A DNA stretch of 63,919 bases, filler included, from Craspedostauros australis (taxonomy: Eukaryota): the NCBI GenBank assembly GCA_030167865.1. It is 15 parts of 15 records of this genome, joined end to end, with 100 filler letters (N's around TTAATTAATTAA, not from the genome) between each part and the next. Parts side by side here need not be neighbours in the genome. Positions count along the whole stretch, not along the records: positions 1 to 2,526 come from JALAGF010005448.1; positions 2,627 to 3,936 come from JALAGF010005451.1; positions 4,037 to 8,934 come from JALAGF010005452.1; positions 9,035 to 13,333 come from JALAGF010005453.1; 11 more parts are not named here. The stretch is one strand, 5' to 3'. Numbering within the stretch: the first letter of the stretch is position 1; each line of letters opens with the position of its first letter. The translations under genes were made by a program, and so were the position numbers. This document shows positions 1 through 12,000 of the stretch, in pieces. The notes under the pieces are model-generated. The model was not told the origin of the DNA and searched no databases. It saw only the letters and a list, made by a program, of their open reading frames with translations.

Positions 1-84
1 TCCAAGTGCGTATGAGAGAATGGCGGGTGAACGATGCACATATACTCGTACATCTCGACATATACTCACATGTACATCTCGACA
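1..84 (-). mobile_element. Fragment of copia LTR family A (5' terminus of the LTR)
   Basis: Near-identical to the terminal ~85 nt of the copies at 22743-22823 and 45009-45092; ends ...CATCTCGACA, i.e. TGTCGAGATG on the minus strand. Confidence 0.9.
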
Positions 85-2062
85 GATGAGAATTTGCATG
101 TTGGTAGGTGTTTAAGTATGAATCCGTGATTGACAGTGATTGACAGCCTGCAGCGATATCAACCATGACCATGTTGGTGGCAGTTTCTTGCAAAGGCAAC
201 CAAGGTTGCTGCTTGTGTCAGAGCAGAAATGCACACTGAGAAGACAAGGGCATGCCTCCCAAACTCCATACTCTTTTGTTTCGGACATCAGCCACATCGA
301 TCCTGTTTCCTTCTCCTCTTCCACACATCATCCATGCTTGTGCTCATGACCGCACGAGTCCTTGTACGACCTATTCATGATCGCTGTACATATCTGTACA
401 AGCATCATGTAGAGTTGAGGAAGATTCGGACACCATGTGGACTCTTATGCCATCAATGCATGGAGTAATGGAGTAGCACTAGGTGAGGAGGTGTGAGTAT
501 GAATATTTGCAGGAGCATCTGCATGATTTGAAGGTCCTTGCCATTCGTCTGCCAATCCACACCTTTGCCATTCCACAACCTCAGCAACAAACATGAGAGA
601 TGAAGAAGAAGAGGATTGTTCTTGAGATGTTCTTCGTTCATTGATAAAACGATAATGAAAACGAGGTGAACTTACTGAACGCCGAAGGGTGATCAATCCG
701 TGGTAGTGCAGTAGGTGAACGAGGTTGTTGTTGATTGTGTGTCTTAGTCTTTAAAGCTGTACGAATCCAAATGAGACTTTCAAAAGGATTGTGAGCATGT
801 GATGTGCAGCATCCATTATATTTGGATCTGCAACATCTCTATTAGTAGTAACATAGTGGAGCGTTGAGTCTCCGTACGTGCACTCATCGTGGTGCCGATG
901 TTGCCATTTCCGAGAGGAGACATCAATTTCGTGACGGTCGGAGAGAGAGTTTGTTGTTCACTCTCTTCCGATCAATTTGGGGGAACAAGGTTCATCCAAC
1001 GGTTTGANNNNNNNNNNNNNNNNNNNNNNNNNNNNNNNNNNNNNNNNNNNNNNNNNNNNNNNNNNNNNNNNNNNNNNNNNNNNNNNNNNNNNNNNNNNNN
1101 NNNNNNNNNNNNNNNNNNNNNNNNNNNNNNNNNNNNNNNNNNNNNNNNNNGAGTCACGCTTCAATCCCGCTCAAACTCTGAGCAGTCGGTCATTTGACTA
1201 ACTAGACTAAATCTTAACACGACTAATAGGAATACTAGTTTGAGCTAATATTCATTGAAAGAGCACTATTGCAAAATCACAAGGGGACAGCAAAAGCAAA
1301 GTACCATGCCAAGATTTGAACCTGGAACCTCAGCAAGAATTACTGGTACTCTACCATNNNNNNNNNNNNNNNNNNNNNNNNNNNNNNNNNNNNNNNNNNN
1401 NNNNNNNAAACGATAATGAAAACGAGGTGAACTTACTGAACGCCGAAGGGTGATCAATCCGTGGTAGTGCAGTAGGTGAACGAGGTTGTTGTTGATTGTG
1501 TGTCTTAGTCTTTAAAGCTGTACGAATCCAAATGAGACTTTCAAAAGGATTGTGAGCATGTGATGTGCAGCATCCATTATANNNNNNNNNNNNNNNNNNN
1601 NNNNNNNNNNNNNNNNNNNNNNNNNNNNNNNNNNNNNNNNNNNNNNNNNNNNNNNNNNNNNNNNNNNNNNNNNNNNNNNNNNNNNNNNNNNNNNNNNNNN
1701 NNNNNNNNNNNNTGTTGTTCACTCTCTTCCGATCAATTTGGGGGAACAAGGTTCATCCAACGGTTTGACCCGATTGTCCGTTCAGGACACGTCATGTCAC
1801 GCCCAAAAGTGGCGTGGGATGGCACGATCGATCAAACCCAAATTCGGCGGACACGCGATATCGTCTTAAGTAGAGCACGATTCGAGGGTGGGACCCCATC
1901 CCACCGACATTGAGTCACGCTTCAATCCCGCTCAAACTCTGAGCAGTCGGTCATTTGACTAACTAGACTAAATCTTAACACGACTAATAGGAATACTAGT
2001 TTGAGCTAATATTCATTGAAAGAGCACTATTGCAAAATCACAAGGGGACAGCAAAAGCAAAG

Positions 2063-2131
2063 TACCATGCCAAGATTTGAACCTGGAACCTCAGCAAGAA
2101 TTACTGGTACTCTACCATTGAGCTACAGGCA
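2063..2131 (-). pseudogene. tRNA-like pseudogene / SINE-head-like sequence
   Basis: Minus strand reads TGCCTG-TAGCTCAATGGTAGAGT-ACCAGTAATTCTTGCTG-AGGTT-CCAGGTTCAAATCTTGG-CATGGTA. A-box, B-box and T-arm are present, but the acceptor stem is imperfect and the anticodon loop is non-canonical. A partial duplicate at 1303-1356 is an assembly overlap. Confidence 0.6.
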
Positions 2132-2357
2132 TTGTGATTGCTGAAACGAACACAAGTGAAATTTATAGATAATGGGGGCTATGGAAGTAACATACTTAGC
2201 ACAATGCAGATTTGTGCTGATATTCACAGCATGCCCTTTTGGAAACACGGAACTCGACTTCATGGGAGGGTTGGTTGCCGAGCATGTTGGTCAAAGCACT
2301 GATCAAGTCTGTGGGTGTCATCAAAGCCATGCCAGCACATGCGCGAAAATACACACA

Positions 2358-2456
2358 CAGTTGAGATTCAATGAGAGACAGACTATTACTGAACATGGTA
2401 TCAACCCCGATGGGAGAAATTCTTGTTTTGGCACAAAATCTTCCAACTTGATCGAC
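2358..2456 (+). repeat. Dispersed repeat C, probable DNA-transposon terminus (CAGTTGAGATTCAATGAG...)
   Basis: Reverse-complement copy at 26039-26136. Homology starts abruptly at CAGTTG in both copies. Confidence 0.65.
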
Positions 2457-2570
2457 CACCAAATCTGTTCTCCTCCTTTCTCTCCTCCATAGTTGGGACA
2501 GACTAGCTCCGGGACTGACTCGGGACNNNNNNNNNNNNNNNNNNNNNNNNNNNNNNNNNNNNNNNNNNNN

Positions 2571-2582
2571 TTAATTAATTAA
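2571..2582. other. Artificial scaffold linker TTAATTAATTAA (14 copies)
   Basis: Always embedded in N runs, at 2571, 3981, 8979, 13378, 18803, 21711, 24126, 29369, 31563, 35237, 49836, 52722, 55648 and 62529. It puts stops in all six frames, and unrelated sequence lies on either side. Confidence 0.97.
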
Positions 2583-2626
2583 NNNNNNNNNNNNNNNNNN
2601 NNNNNNNNNNNNNNNNNNNNNNNNNN

Positions 2627-3666
2627 GAGCAAGTTCAAGGTCACCATCGAGAAGGGTTTGGGTGACTACCTCAGCTGCAACATCCAGCTCAACGCAGACA
2701 AGACGAAAGCTGTCCTACGCCAGCCACATCTGATCCGAAACCTAATCACCGAGTTTGGTGCAGAGGTGGAGAAGATGCAGCGCTACGCGACGCCAGGGAC
2801 GCCAAGCCAGAGCATNNNNNNNNNNNNNNNNNNNNNNNNNNNNNNNNNNNNNNNNNNNNNNNNNNNNNNNNNNNNNNNNNNNNNNNNNNNNNNNNNNNNN
2901 NNNNNNNNNNNNNNNNNNNNNNNNNNNNNNNNNNNNCCTGTCAGAGAGCTGACGAAGGTACTGGATGGACCGACCAAGGCTGCAACCAAGGAGATGCGGC
3001 GTATCATCAAATACGTCATCGACACGAAGCACAACGGTCTGAAGATCCATCCTGTCATGACAGATAACAGCGCATGGAACATGGAGATGTTCTGCAACAG
3101 CGAATACGCCGGAGACAAGGACACTCGCATCAGTGTCGGCGGATTCATTCTCTACCTCTGTCAAGTCCCTATCCTCTGGCNNNNNNNNNNNNNNNNNNNN
3201 NNNNNNNNNNNNNNNNNNNNNNNNNNNNNNCACTCGCATCAGTGTCGGCGGATTCATTCTCTACCTCTGTCAAGTCCCTATCCTCTGGCGATCCAAGGCG
3301 CAGAAGGCAGTGACACTCAGTTCATCAGAGGCAGAGTACATCGCGCTATCCGAGGCAGCGAAGGAGATCTTCTTTGTGATGCAACTCCTGGAGAGTGTGG
3401 GAGTGCCAGTGAAGACTCCAATCACTGTGAGAGTCGACAANNNNNNNNNNNNNNNNNNNNNNNNNNNNNNNNNNNNNNNNNNNNNNNNNNNNNNNNNNNN
3501 NNNNNNNNNNNNNTACGTCCGCAACATGGTGAATGACAAGCTGATCGAAATCATCTTCGTCAAATCAGAGAACAACCGAAGCGACGGCTTCACGAAGAAC
3601 ATCAAGTCGGAGCTACAGCGCGAGCACGAGAAGTCCTACCTACACACTGGGGACAGCAGCGAATGA
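2627..3666 (+). mobile_element. Ty1/copia pol 3' part (RT C-terminus + RNase H)
   Basis: Motifs 'SEYAGDKDTRISVGG', 'WRSKAQKAVTLSSSEAEYIALSEA' and 'FVKSENNRSDGFTKN'. Closely similar to the pol protein at 61977-62484. Confidence 0.95.
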
Positions 3667-3677
3667 CTGACGCCTAC

Positions 3678-3936
3678 AGGAAGGGTGTCGAAATGTGTGT
3701 ACTCGGATGTGTATGCATCAGTCACACTTGCTTGCCGCCATCTAGACTATTTGGTGGCGGAATCACGATACAAAACTATGACGTCACAGCGATACCATCG
3801 CTATACCACGAAGACACCGCGATACTACGATGCCAGGATACCGCGATACCAAGGGATACCACAGTATCCATCACACATGACGTCACATGAAGATCTTAAC
3901 TACCAGGTCTACAGGAATGAAATATGTTGTGAATAT
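3678..3936 (+). mobile_element. Polypurine tract and start of 3' LTR of the copia fragment
   Basis: AGGAAGGG (3678-3685) is immediately followed by TGTCGAAATG at 3686, just after the RNase H stop. Truncated by the scaffold end. Confidence 0.8.
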
Positions 3937-5613
3937 NNNNNNNNNNNNNNNNNNNNNNNNNNNNNNNNNNNNNNNNNNNNTTAATTAATTAANNNNNNNN
4001 NNNNNNNNNNNNNNNNNNNNNNNNNNNNNNNNNNNNTTTACGACCAGGTAGTTTGCATTGTTTTCTGTCAATAGTCATAGGTCTGCAGTGGTGGGCGATC
4101 ACGATTTGCGCATGTCATTTTTGCGCGGAACGGGGGCAGCCCAGGAAGGGCTGAACTGCGCACGTGTCAACGAACTGGGCGCTATCATACCGATACCAGA
4201 AAGGGGGATGCGCGCAAGATCTATCATCCGCAACATCACACAAGCAACATCGATTACCAGACAGATGTATCACCAGGCAACTACATGTACAGCACGACTG
4301 CGAGCGAAACCGCGAGCAACACCCTCTCTAACAACGCTGTACTCTAGACATGATCATTCGTATTCTGGCGAAACAGTAGGACGACAGTCATCTTACGAGA
4401 CACCGCGATGAACACGACAGCAGGCTGGTTCCGTCGCAATCACTGTTGTGTGCTTTGCGGTCCTCAGTCACACTGTATGTTCTGTCCGCAGGTGTCGTTG
4501 CCACCTGTTTACGTGGACAACTCCGCTTCCGCAGGTGATGGCGCCGTGGCGGTCACAGTGACATTCCCCCTACCGCTGATGCAATGGCTGTTGTGCGGTT
4601 CACTCAAACATCATACAAGCATTGTGCAGGTACGGTTTGACTTGACATTTCCTCTGTGTTGTGTCAAGACATTTTTGGTCCGGCAAAACCACGGTCCGAT
4701 TGTATGACGTTTTGTGTTTCANNNNNNNNNNNNNNNNNNNNNNNNNNNNNNNNNNNNNNNNNNNNNNNNNNNNNNNNNNNNNNNCTCGATGGATTGTGGC
4801 ACAGCATCATTCTACGCAATCATTGGTGCGGTGGCAATGTGCGTTCCGTCAGACATAGTACAGTTGGCTACACAAAGAACTCCTATCAATCAACACATCG
4901 GATGATGATGGTGCTGTTGATGTTGTGGTGGAAATCATGAAACACATCCTACTTTGGTCAGCAGTTCGAAACCAGGAATCTGGGCTAAAACTGATTTTCA
5001 TTGAACGGACAAACGAACATGATGTAGGACCAACGTTGGATAACGTGCTGTTTCACAATGTCCGATATGCGCACAACTGTTAACTAAAGTACGATCAATG
5101 TGTATTCAAAATCGGACAATACGGCATAATGTCCGAAATACGGTGCGATATCCCAACAATACCGCAACCTCCTGGACGCTCTGTCTGGACCCAATTCGGT
5201 TCTCTCGACGGGGTAGCATCAGCCAGGACTTCGTAAATGCTGGCATGGTTGCTGACGCCTCCAAAACACATCCTGGTTCGTCGTTTCTGATACCTTCCGC
5301 ATCTTTCTCGCGGATGGCTGGGAATGGTGGGAGATGAAACAAGTGCAGTTGTCAGCATCTCGGCAACAGATTCGCAGTAGGACACCTACTGCAATGGCTG
5401 TAGAAACATATCCAAAATCAATCCAACCCAACTTCCGACCCTCCAGCATCGTTGGCATGTTGCGCCGCCTGTGCGCTCGCATCGTTTGTGCGCTCACATC
5501 GCCCGTATCTCCGACAATGAATTGAAGCACACGTCTCCACATCCTCACAAAAAGCAAAATCTGCATTGATTCACCCATCAAACGCCAAAAGCCAACAACA
5601 AACAAACAACACC

Positions 5614-6228
5614 ATGAAGTTCTCCGTTTCCTCCGCCATCGCTGCCACCCTCATGGGCATGTTCTCCGCCGCCAACGCCGACGTCCTCTTGCAGGACTTC
5701 GCCGGCGACAGCGGCTGGGAGGTGAAGACTGACGATATGGTCCCTGGTGGAGAATCCCAGGGCAAACTCCAGGCGGCAGGCGATCGTACCTACTTCGATG
5801 GGATGATCTTCTATCAGCCATTCCTTGGCGGACCAGGATTCGTCAAGACCGTTGGCACCAAGCCCTTCCCCGACATCTCTGGCTGCGTTGCCATCGAGGT
5901 CACCATGTACGCAATCTCCGGCTACAATTCATACTTCATCGGCTTCGGAGATGCTATTCCGGATATCCAGAATCCAATTCCATTTCAGTGGCGCTCCGCC
6001 ATCCCCGTCTCTGGACCAGGCAAGAACGGATACACCATCCCACTCTTCGAGTTCAGCAGCGCCTGGAATCCTTACACCGGCAAGACCGACGTCCCATGCT
6101 CTGCTGACCCAAGTTACTGCCCAACCCCAGCTGTGCTGTCCAACATCCAGTTCATGGAGATCTGGGCCCAAGGAGTCGAGGGACAGTTCGTCACTGATCT
6201 CTTCACCATCAAGGCAGTCGGTTGCTAA
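5614..6228 (+). CDS. Secreted CIA30-like (galactose-binding-fold) protein, 204 aa
   Basis: Intact ORF with strong codon bias. Signal peptide MKFSVSSAIAATLMGMFSAANA. CIA30-like pattern W..TDD.V.GG.S.G...F.G...GF...DISG...IPL.EFS. Confidence 0.75.
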   Translation: MKFSVSSAIAATLMGMFSAANADVLLQDFAGDSGWEVKTDDMVPGGESQGKLQAAGDRTYFDGMIFYQPFLGGPGFVKTVGTKPFPDISGCVAIEVTMYAISGYNSYFIGFGDAIPDIQNPIPFQWRSAIPVSGPGKNGYTIPLFEFSSAWNPYTGKTDVPCSADPSYCPTPAVLSNIQFMEIWAQGVEGQFVTDLFTIKAVGC

Positions 6229-7625
6229 CTTGGCAGTCGCGGCTTGCGCCCTCTTCGAGTAGGGTTGTGGACATGCGAAGGGTGTGTGGATTCAAGCACA
6301 TCCTACCACCGCCAACTGGATGATGATTGCAAACCTATCACATCATCACACAGAATCGGTTGCTTTCATGCCGACTCATAAACAACAGCAGCAATACTCA
6401 TACCCTTCGCGTGTCTACACTCCCCTATCAATATCCATGTAAAGATCTAGTCTTTCACCACACAAATAGCGTAGAGTCGAGTACAGGCATTGGTAGAATA
6501 GAGTAGGTATGGAAGCTAGGCTGGAGCAAACACGCGCTCAAATCTTGCATTGCCACCCGAGAAATCAGCTTCGCTGATCAGAGGCACAAATTAGAGGGAT
6601 ATCGCATTTCACATTCACACCCCTCCATTCATGTCACATGTGGCACTCACGTTCGGATTTCACATTGGTACTCGTGACTCGTTCGTGACTTACACAGAAA
6701 GACGACCAACATGACTGAATCAGCTTCTCTTCTGTAGAATATAGTTCGAGTTTAGACTGGTATGATCTGAATGCTTCGTTGCATGTTATCGCATCACTTG
6801 TTGAGACCAAAGGATGGTAGGATCGTTAATGGGTGTGCTCTGAGTTGTACGCAACACACATCCCTCTTTCTCCTCTTAGGAGTTTCATGTTGTGAGAGGT
6901 TCGTTGCCATCTCTTCTGTCTCGACTTTGTCACCAACAGAGGTCCGGCAACAGATGCGCAAGCACTTTGTCCCTGCTAATTCACGGCTTGTTCAAGGCTC
7001 TGTTGCCAATGTCGATGGCAGAGACCTCTTGATCACCGTATCATGGAGATAGATCAGCAGTTTGTTGTCCAATAGAAGCTCTTCACGCAGCCTACACAGA
7101 ACTATTGCGATTGCATGTTGGGGTGATTGGAGACCACCAACGACTTCTGATATGGCAGTCAGGATCTCCAAAGGATGCAAAATGTCCGTTGGTCGAAGTC
7201 CCTGGTCGTATCTGACTACACTAATCCTCAGAGCATCAGGAACACGCAGCGGATGTTGCATCAGGTGAAATAGGATATGAGCAAAGATTCCTCAGCTGGA
7301 TCATGAAGGAGGCCTTTGATACTTGCGCGCAGATATCATATGTGAAGCTTAAAAGCATATTCGACATCGCAATCACTCTCTATCGCTCCATGCACCCCTC
7401 ATTCGGAATGCTAGTTTCATCATCATTAGCATCTCATAAAAACTATCATCAGCACGACAAGGACGACTCAACATTGCTGCAAATGAAGAGAAATGATTGG
7501 TCGTTGGTTTCGTTCCAACACGTGGAAGGTTGGATTGCCGGGACTGCAATGTGAAACTCAATTGTGTTTTTGGCTCCTCTAAAACGCAATCGAGTTTCAC
7601 TTTCCGAGGGGGAAGTTCGCATGTT

Positions 7626-7856
7626 GCCCCTCAAAAAATGTCATTATCAGGTTATTTTGTACCGTGGGACTCGCAATAGAGAAGTTCTGCATTCCACTCA
7701 CCCAGTCACGAACAGTCCCACGAGGGAGTCATAACCTGATAGAGACATTTTCCCGGGGGGCGACGAGAAATCACCCCCTCGCTGAGTGGAAATGATTTCC
7801 ATTTCTGGCGCAGAAATGGAAATCATTTCCACTCAGAGAGTCCCGGAAAAAGTGTC
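7626..7856. repeat. Two adjacent long inverted repeats
   Basis: Imperfect arms 7626-7671 / 7714-7761 (TATCAGGTTAT/ATAACCTGATA, CGTGGGACT/AGTCCCACG), then a perfect 26-bp stem 7782-7807 / 7811-7836 with a GCG loop. Confidence 0.9.
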
Positions 7857-9034
7857 ACTTCCACGCGGAGATTTATGTTTATCCAATCAGGGAACTTTTA
7901 TCGATGTCTACAATAAATTGTATTTCTAGTTTAGTTCTTGCTTCGAAACCATGCTAGTACTAGAATTATCGTTGCTCACAAAAGACTCAATAAACAGATC
8001 CATAATGTACTCCAATTAGAGTATAGCCTTCAACATTGTAATATTATGTTGTCAAAATCTCCATTGATCTCCACTGATCGTCCGCCAAAGGCTTCCAGGT
8101 CTAAAAGATCTAGATTCTAAGACCCCACTTAGTGAGTCGACCTGCACTTTGTTACGGGACTCCAGAACTTTTGTCTCAGATATCCAAACAACGTACATAT
8201 TCGTATTCTCCTANNNNNNNNNNNNNNNNNNNNNNNNNNNNNNNNNNNNNNNNNNNNNNNNNNNNNNNNNNNNNNNNNNNNNNNNNNNNNNNNNNNNNNN
8301 NNNNNNNNNNNNNNNNNNNNNNNNNNNNCGACTACATCGATCCAATTTAACCCTTTGCTGTTCTTCGTTTCAGCAAGGTTGTTCCGATTTTGAATTGTTT
8401 AGTCTCTTTTTCAGGTGTTCGGATGAGACCATCCAACAGTCCATCCACGATAGCACTAGTTGTAGAATGTTGGGGGCAGCGGTGAACACGCGTTTACGTT
8501 ACTTATACCATGTGCTTGTCCAATCCGTCATCGACGTCACGAAACTGGATACTTCGTCATCAAACACCAATGATATCACGATGCTCAACATCATCAGGTC
8601 TGCTTCGTCGTGGCGAAGTGGTTGAGTGGGGTTGGTACTCCTCGAGTGTTTTGTGTTGTGTGTTTTGTTGGACCGTTGGTACCATTGGAGGTAAATCTCC
8701 ACTTCCCCCAACATGTGAGGCTGGTTGAGAGTGGCAAACTCGACACACCGACATGGAAGTGGAGCAACACCAAAAAAAAATACCACAATGGCCGTCGAAC
8801 GGTATGCTTGGTGCCGCAACAACCAGCCGGCCAATTCAAGATCCAAGCATATCGCCGTCACCTCCACGCAACGTTTGGTGGGTGGACGAACGGAGGCGGG
8901 AAGAGGGGTTGATTTGGGGCCGTCGTAGGCCCCANNNNNNNNNNNNNNNNNNNNNNNNNNNNNNNNNNNNNNNNNNNNTTAATTAATTAANNNNNNNNNN
9001 NNNNNNNNNNNNNNNNNNNNNNNNNNNNNNNNNN

Positions 9035-12000
9035 TTGGCGATGTCGGGTTGCGAGTGCTTCATTTGATATAGTAGCATACCTACTCCACTTCGGTATCTG
9101 CTGTGTTGGTCTCTGTCCACCTTGGGCAAATCACTATCCCTTTTGGATGCCTTGCCCTGGTGTTCCTGGTGTACCATACTGTTGCAGCTTCATCATGTTG
9201 TCCTTGAATGTGATGATGACATTCTTGATGATGTGCGGTTGGCTCATCCAGCAGTTCGTCTTGTCGCGGTTGGATACGATCTTGCAGCTGATGTAGTCTT
9301 CCAGATCATCCTCCACCTTGGTACCAAACCGCTCTGCTTTGATGTCTCTCTTGAGTTTCTTCAACTCCTGTTCGTCCTCGATGCATAGGCAGTCGTCGAT
9401 GTAGGTTCCAATCAACAGCAGTCTCCCTTCCTGATTCCGAATCAGAAGGCATGGATCAACTTGGCTTGGTCCGAATCCCAATTTGAGTAGGATGGCGACC
9501 AGCTTCTTCTTGCGTTGTCTTGCCCTTTTCATGAGCCTGTTGATCATCTTCTTGAGCAACAGTCATTCGCTCTCACCATGCTCCACGCCCTTCTGGCAAA
9601 GCATGTAGGCCTCCTCTTTGAGATCTCCATGTAGAAATGCTGTCTCAAGGTTGATAGTGATGCTGTCCAATGTTCAGTAGCATCTTCATTGTGAGCATTC
9701 CGCGGTCGGTTGCGTCATGCATCACGGGTTAGTCCACTCCTGCGATCTGCAAGTATCCGCATGCCACAAGTCTGGTGCAGAACATGCCATTCCTCTTCTC
9801 CTTGAAGACCCACTTGGTCTTCACGCATTGCTGATCCTTCGGCATCTGGTCCTTCTTGACCTTCTGCCAGACTCCTTGTCTGACCATGTCGTAGAATTCC
9901 TTTTTGATGGCATCTCGCCATTTCTTTCGTTTCGCTGGATCCGCATGATCCCAGCATTCTTCGATTGTATTGGGTCCAGCATCATAGTAGTATATGCATG
10001 CTCGGACGTCTTATCCTCTCTCTCACGGTTGCTGAGGCCTGCTCTGTTTCCTCAGCTGATTCACCACCTCCGCTGTTTGAATCTGAGTCGGAGTGGTGTT
10101 CTGGCACGTTGTGGTGTGGTGCCAAGCCACATAGCATCTGTGGCATCCTCGCCACTGGTCTCATGGGAGAGTACTCAAGGCCCTTGCCTTCAGCAGCTTG
10201 CCTCCAAGTCACTTGTGCTTTGTCACTTCCGCTCGTCAGGATCCACATGATCCTATCATTCCTTAGGCGCATATACACTCGGCATCATTCCAGTGTTGAT
10301 GTGCACGAATCTCTCTCGCCGTCGCGTTCGCTCTCAACATCCTGACTCGCAGCGATGAAGTCGATCACTCTCATCCTTCATTGGATAGCACTGATCTTCA
10401 TGCCTGCAATGTGGTTGTTGATGATTGACCTGTTTGTTTCGAAGTTGGGTCCGTCTGTTGCCACTGGAGCAGTCTTCGTCTCCTGTGCAGTTGCGTAGTC
10501 ATCGTCATCTCCTGATTCTGATNNNNNNNNNNNNNNNNNNNNNNNNNNNNNNNNNNNNNNNNNNNNNNNNNNCTGCTCTGTTTCCTCAGCTGATTCACCA
10601 CCTCCGCTGTTTGAATCTGAGTCGGAGTGGTGTTCTGGCACGTTGTGGTGTGGTGCCAAGCCACATAGCATCTGTGGCATCCTCGCCACTGGTCTCATGG
10701 GAGAGTACTCAAGGCCCTTGCCTTCAGCAGCTTGCCTCCAAGTCACTTGTGCTTTGTCACTTCCGCTCGTCAGGATCCACATGATCCTATCATTCCTTAG
10801 GCGCATATACACTCGGCATCATTCCAGTGTTGATGTGCACGAATCTCTCTCGCCGTCGCGTTCGCTCTCAACATCCTGACTCGCAGCGATGAAGTCGATC
10901 ACTCTCATCCNNNNNNNNNNNNNNNNNNNNNNNNNNNNNNNNNNNNNNNNNNNNNNNNNNNNNNNNNNNNNNTCGAAGTTGGGTCCGTCTGTTGCCACTG
11001 GAGCAGTCTTCGTCTCCTGTGCAGTTGCGTAGTCATCGTCATCTCCTGATTCTGATGCTTCGTTCGTCACCCTCATTGGGTGTTGGCATATTGTGATAAG
11101 CTGCCAGCTCTGTCGTCATGTTGCCTTGCAACCATGTTGTCGATCGCCTTCATCCTCTTCTGGATAGCATCGATTCTGTATGCTGCAGCTTCTTCGTCCT
11201 GGGAGTTATTGGCGGCATCCTGCCACTCCTCCTCTATTCATTTGAGGTTCCTCCCTTCCGGCTTTGTCATTGGATTCTTCATCCAACATGCCCGCGTTTC
11301 TCATTGCTCTTGTATTGACGTATCTTGGCTCACTGTATCTGGAATCTGCCCTTCATGGTTCTTGCTCTCATAGCTGTGTCATATCCAGATTTGAAGCTTT
11401 CTCTCTCGTCGATTTCATTCTCATCGCACATCGATCTCAAATCTGTGCTTGTGGTATCTCGCCGATCATTTGGCGTCCGGTTCCTCTTGATCTTCTGCCA
11501 TGCTCATAGTGTGGCCTTTTCACTGAACCGTTCCATCATGGCCTCCCGCCATTCATTGCTCTTCTTGGGATCCATATAACCCCGTCATTCGTCAATTGTG
11601 GTTGGATCCAGCATCATTGCGTCATTTGCTTGCTCAGATCCTTCTTTGTTCTGTATGTAGTTCAATGCTTGGTTCGCAGTGATGAAGTCACCCAGGCTCA
11701 TCCTCTCATGAGTGGTGTCATTCATCATACCTGCGATATCTCTGTTGAATGTTGACCCTTCTGTGTGAAAGTTGGGTCCTCCTGTCGCCGGTAGTGTGGT
11801 AGTCATCTCTTGAGTGGTCTCATACCCAGCATCATCCTTCTGATTCGGATTTTCCACTTGATCCAAGTTCTCGTTCCTCCTTCGGATGGGTGTATTATTG
11901 TACCCCACGAGAGCACTCAGCATCCTCGGCATGCGCGCAACAGGTTCTGCGATTGGGACCGTGTTTGGTTCACCTTCGACCATATCGTATCGTCCCATCT

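Noticed and set aside
6750..7550. Protein-like fragments on the minus strand (also 100-700, 8340-8870, 53300-55600)
   Set aside because: No motif I can recognise and multiple stops, so no call is supportable without a database search.
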